Of a DNA stretch of 64,000 nt, positions 63,411 through 64,000 are shown one piece after another. This DNA comes from an uncultured Lachnospiraceae bacterium. Its GTDB lineage: Bacteria; Bacillota; Clostridia; Lachnospirales; Lachnospiraceae. Every line of letters starts with the position of its first letter. The first letter of the stretch is position 1. The notes beneath the pieces were generated by a model. That model had not been told where the DNA came from and did not search any database. It saw only the letters and a program-made list of their open reading frames with translations. A program made the position numbers and the translations under genes. The DNA lies in assembly GCA_910587715.1 (NCBI GenBank), contig CAJUMV010000001.1, positions 102,729 to 166,728 on the forward strand, in the 5' to 3' direction.

Positions 63411-64000
63411 ATGGGTCTGATGGATTTTTTAAAAAAATCGGAGAAGCTTGTATTCTGGAATCGGTGCAGAATACACAGCGGGAAGGCTGATTTTAGGGAA
63501 ATGGTGTTAAACGGGTATCACAATCCGGATTATTTGGAGGTGCGCCATTTCGGAGAGGAATATAAGGGCTGTATCATCTATGCCGCCAATGAGACAGGGA
63601 ACGGCATAGGTTTTTTTGCTGAATTGGGGATGACGCTGATTAAGCTCCACTTTGCGGATGAAAGAGGGCTTACACCTTATATCCATTGGGGGAAAAACTA
63701 TGTCTATTATGAGCCGGAGGGTATAGACGGGGAGAAGAACGCGTTTCTGCATTATTTTAAACCGGCTTCTGAAATCGCATCCATCAAACATGCCGCTCAT
63801 GTGATTTACCAGACGCCGTGGCAATGCAATCAGGTCAAGGCGCTGTACGGCGCAGTAAGCTATGACGTGTCGCAGGGTTATATCGACGCTATGGCGCGGA
63901 TGCTTAAAAAGTATATCAGGTATAATGAAAAGACGCAGAAGTATCTGGCGGATGAGTTTACGAAACTTCTCGGCAGGAAAAAGACAATAGCAGTGCATTA
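63411..64000 (+). CDS. Uncharacterised putative glycosyltransferase, N-terminal part (runs off window end); paralog of 40256-41239
   Basis: Not in the ORF track because the frame stays open to the edge. The ATG at 63411 follows GGGAAGG. My translation is MGLMDFLKKSEKLVFWNRCRIHSGK...GIGFFAELGMTLIKLHFADERGLTPYIHWGKNYVYYEP...NAFLHYFKP...KKTIAVH, with no stop in 196 codons. It supersedes the antisense track ORF 63507-63998. Confidence 0.55.
   Translation, partial: MGLMDFLKKSEKLVFWNRCRIHSGKADFREMVLNGYHNPDYLEVRHFGEEYKGCIIYAANETGNGIGFFAELGMTLIKLHFADERGLTPYIHWGKNYVYYEPEGIDGEKNAFLHYFKPASEIASIKHAAHVIYQTPWQCNQVKALYGAVSYDVSQGYIDAMARMLKKYIRYNEKTQKYLADEFTKLLGRKKTIAVH

Noticed and set aside
63507-63998. 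Track ORF on the minus strand (163 aa) at the right edge.
   Set aside because: The + strand frame from ATG 63411 is open to the window end. It has an RBS and is homologous in motif order to the protein at 40256-41239, so the minus ORF is its antisense shadow.
1-64000. A search by eye for tRNA/rRNA genes, CRISPR repeat-spacer arrays, IS elements, transposases, integrases, prophage genes and recognisable defence systems other than the TA pair.
   Set aside because: I found no regularly spaced direct repeats, no cloverleaf-like or rRNA-like segments, and no DDE/tyrosine/serine recombinase motifs. Intergenic space is too limited to hide such features.

Overview
The window looks like a Firmicutes/Clostridia-type chromosome segment, judged by GGAGG-type ribosome binding sites (RBS), about 50% GC and gene content. 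This taxonomic call is inference. A small unrelated left flank (1-3100) holds a lipoprotein fragment, an orphan multi-TM histidine kinase and a cytoplasmic GH5 hydrolase. The rest (about 3.2-64 kb) is one very large surface-glycan biosynthesis region that is almost entirely co-directional on the + strand. I count about 48 tightly packed, often start/stop-overlapping genes. They include one WbaP-type priming phosphoglycosyl transferase and about 25 glycosyltransferase-like genes: GT2, GT4, three GT11, GT17, a GT26-GT4 fusion, GT-D/DUF1792, DUF5672, and GT-C-like membrane proteins including YfhO. There are also one Wzx flippase, two Wzy-like polymerases, two paralogous MsbA/PglK-like ABC half-transporters, and three AsnB-family amidotransferase-like genes. 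Further components are two hexapeptide acetyltransferases, a pyruvyl transferase, two membrane-anchored CotH-family proteins, a radical-SAM enzyme, and a terminal ulosonic/nonulosonic-acid-like module (2-epimerase, DegT aminotransferase, cytidylyltransferase, KdsC-like phosphatase, aldolase-MptE-like fusion). The only minus-strand genes inside the region are a dinJ-yafQ toxin-antitoxin pair at a module junction. No tRNA, rRNA, CRISPR array, transposase or integrase was recognised. The most notable non-coding signals are: (1) a G10 homopolymer that frameshifts the YfhO-type gene, a candidate phase switch; (2) two intercistronic structured repeats that differ by compensatory base changes; (3) two strong SigA-like promoters, 24 kb apart, each followed by the same ~30-nt leader box; and (4) an AT-rich intergenic island with arrayed CGAAA-type direct repeats. 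All protein family calls come from motif recognition by eye, not from database searches.
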